The notes under the pieces were generated by a model, which worked only from the letters and a program-made list of their open reading frames with translations, made no database searches and was not told where the DNA came from. Below are positions 60,534 through 64,000 of a stretch of DNA of 64,000 nt, piece by piece; position 1 is the stretch's first letter, and every line of letters begins with the position of its first letter. Location: the NCBI GenBank assembly GCA_964016885.1, contig OZ024759.1, forward strand, positions 19,034,001 to 19,098,000, in the 5' to 3' direction. The translations under genes and the position numbers were made by a program. This DNA is from Eledone cirrhosa (lineage: Eukaryota).

Positions 60534-60820
60534 GTTAACTTTGCCTTTCATCCTTACGGGGTCGATAAAATAAAGTACCAGTAATGTACTGGTTAATTGC
60601 TGGCCTTGTGCCAAAAGTAGAAACAATTATTTCTTGGATTGGCAGTATCGGTAGAAGGTCGGACGCCATGCTTTCCGGCATAGTTACGTCCCTTTACGGT
60701 CTGAGTTCAAATCCCGTCGAGGTTAACTTTGCCTTTCATCCTTACCGGGTCGATAAAATAAAGTACCAGTAATGAACTGGGTATTTGCTGGCCTTGTGCC
60801 AAAAGTAGAAACAATTATTT
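60534..60820 (+). mobile_element. Truncated plus full SINE in tandem at one target site
   Basis: attatttct at 60524, 60626 and 60814. Confidence 0.9.
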
Positions 60821-60947
60821 CTGAAGACAGCATATATATGTGAAGGTGTGTATATTTCCTCTGATAGTTTGTAAAATGTTTACATAGATCTATATGATAT
60901 ACATACCAACACACATATATATCCTAGAAACGATCGTAAAATGATGA
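60817..60947 (+). ncRNA. Minimal hammerhead with a long stem II, SINEs inserted in stem I
   Basis: ATTT-CTGAAGA-atatatatgtg/cacatatatat-GAAA-CGATCG-TA-AAAT. Confidence 0.7.
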
Positions 60948-61134
60948 ATTTTTTAATTTAAGGAACTTGTTCTTTGTTTTTATTCATTGTTTTTAATAAT
61001 TAATCTTGACTCTGTTTTCCTGTGATTTTCATCGAAAAATTTTTGAATGCATCTTCTCTTTTCATGATATTTGGATTACATTGAGTTCTTCATACGGATT
61101 GGACACTACCGTATATTTTGGTAGATTTATCTAC

Positions 61135-63122
<1,988 letters not shown>

Positions 63123-63717
63123 GGTGGCTGCCAACTCGTTTTCGAGTACGGCCACTACCTTATATCCATGTAGGAGAACCCCTACCGATGCGCTAAACAA
63201 GTGTGACTTTTAGTCCAGCCAGCGACTTGAAAACTCTGGTACAAACACTACACCTGTGACAATTATTGACACATAGTGTTGGGCCTTTGGTACCATGTGA
63301 CGACAAGTGTAGAGAGATCTCCAGATACAAAGCAATGCCTGTGCCGTGAAGCTTTTATAGTGAGCAAAGGCACTGCACAAAGCCAGTCCCACTCTCTTAA
63401 ACCAAGATGATATTTACCAAAAAGAAGAATAAGTCAACATCATTGGATACTATCAGGGTTGCAGGTGTTATATCAGAGTTTTCCTTCTCTTAGAATTCTG
63501 CCTTGACAAAGGCTAAGGGGTCATCTCTCCCGGTGATTTTGGATGGCCATTGACTCTTAAGAGCTCCTTGCCAGGTTTTGTTTTAGTCCTGCAGGATGTC
63601 CAAAGTCACCCTCCTCACCAAGAAACCTTGGTGGGGTTGCCCAGTTTAGTCGCCAACGACCCGACCATGGACAGGTTGTACTGGGATACAGGTTACCAGT
63701 AGCACCAACTGGTGACC
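63123..63717 (-). mobile_element. Internally deleted (bipartite) RTE-derived element
   Basis: Minus: RTE 5'-UTR-like GAGAAGGAAAACTCTGA motif, then the C-terminal zinc-finger remnant [17 protein letters not shown] and a short 3' UTR abutting (TA)n; 5' part shared with ~55790-55980. Confidence 0.6.
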
Positions 63718-63923
63718 TGACATAATATATATATATACATATATATATATATACATATATATATATAATACATATATATATATTTATATATATATATATT
63801 TATATATATATATATATATTATACATATATATATATATACATATATATATACATATATATATACATATATATATATACATATATATATATATACATATAT
63901 ATATACATATATATATATATATC

Positions 63924-63954
<31 letters not shown>

Positions 63955-63969
63955 CATAAATTTATATAC

Positions 63970-64000
<31 letters not shown>

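Overview
Non-coding, very AT-rich eukaryotic DNA with no supportable protein-coding gene; nearly all ORFs in the track are (TA)n/(TG)n translation artefacts. The repeat content resembles an octopod cephalopod genome (inference). It contains: (1) very long interrupted (TA)n arrays; (2) about 30 copies or fragments of one tRNA-derived SINE with a Nin/Deu-type central domain, which inserts at ATTATT sites with TSDs; (3) decayed RTE, Tx1/L1 and CR1-like LINE fragments plus MITE and Helitron ends. The main hidden signal lies in the short 'unique' islands between TA arrays. These are mostly Penelope-like-element (PLE) terminal fragments that abut (TA)n. By eye they carry about 19 type-I hammerhead ribozyme (HHR) folds from many unrelated families, mostly the minimal type with a palindromic loop 3, several with core variants. 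Many islands are palindromes, some folded back exactly on HHR stem II, and their tails share a short YGAGY motif upstream of the TA junction. All folds were read manually; none has been computed or tested.
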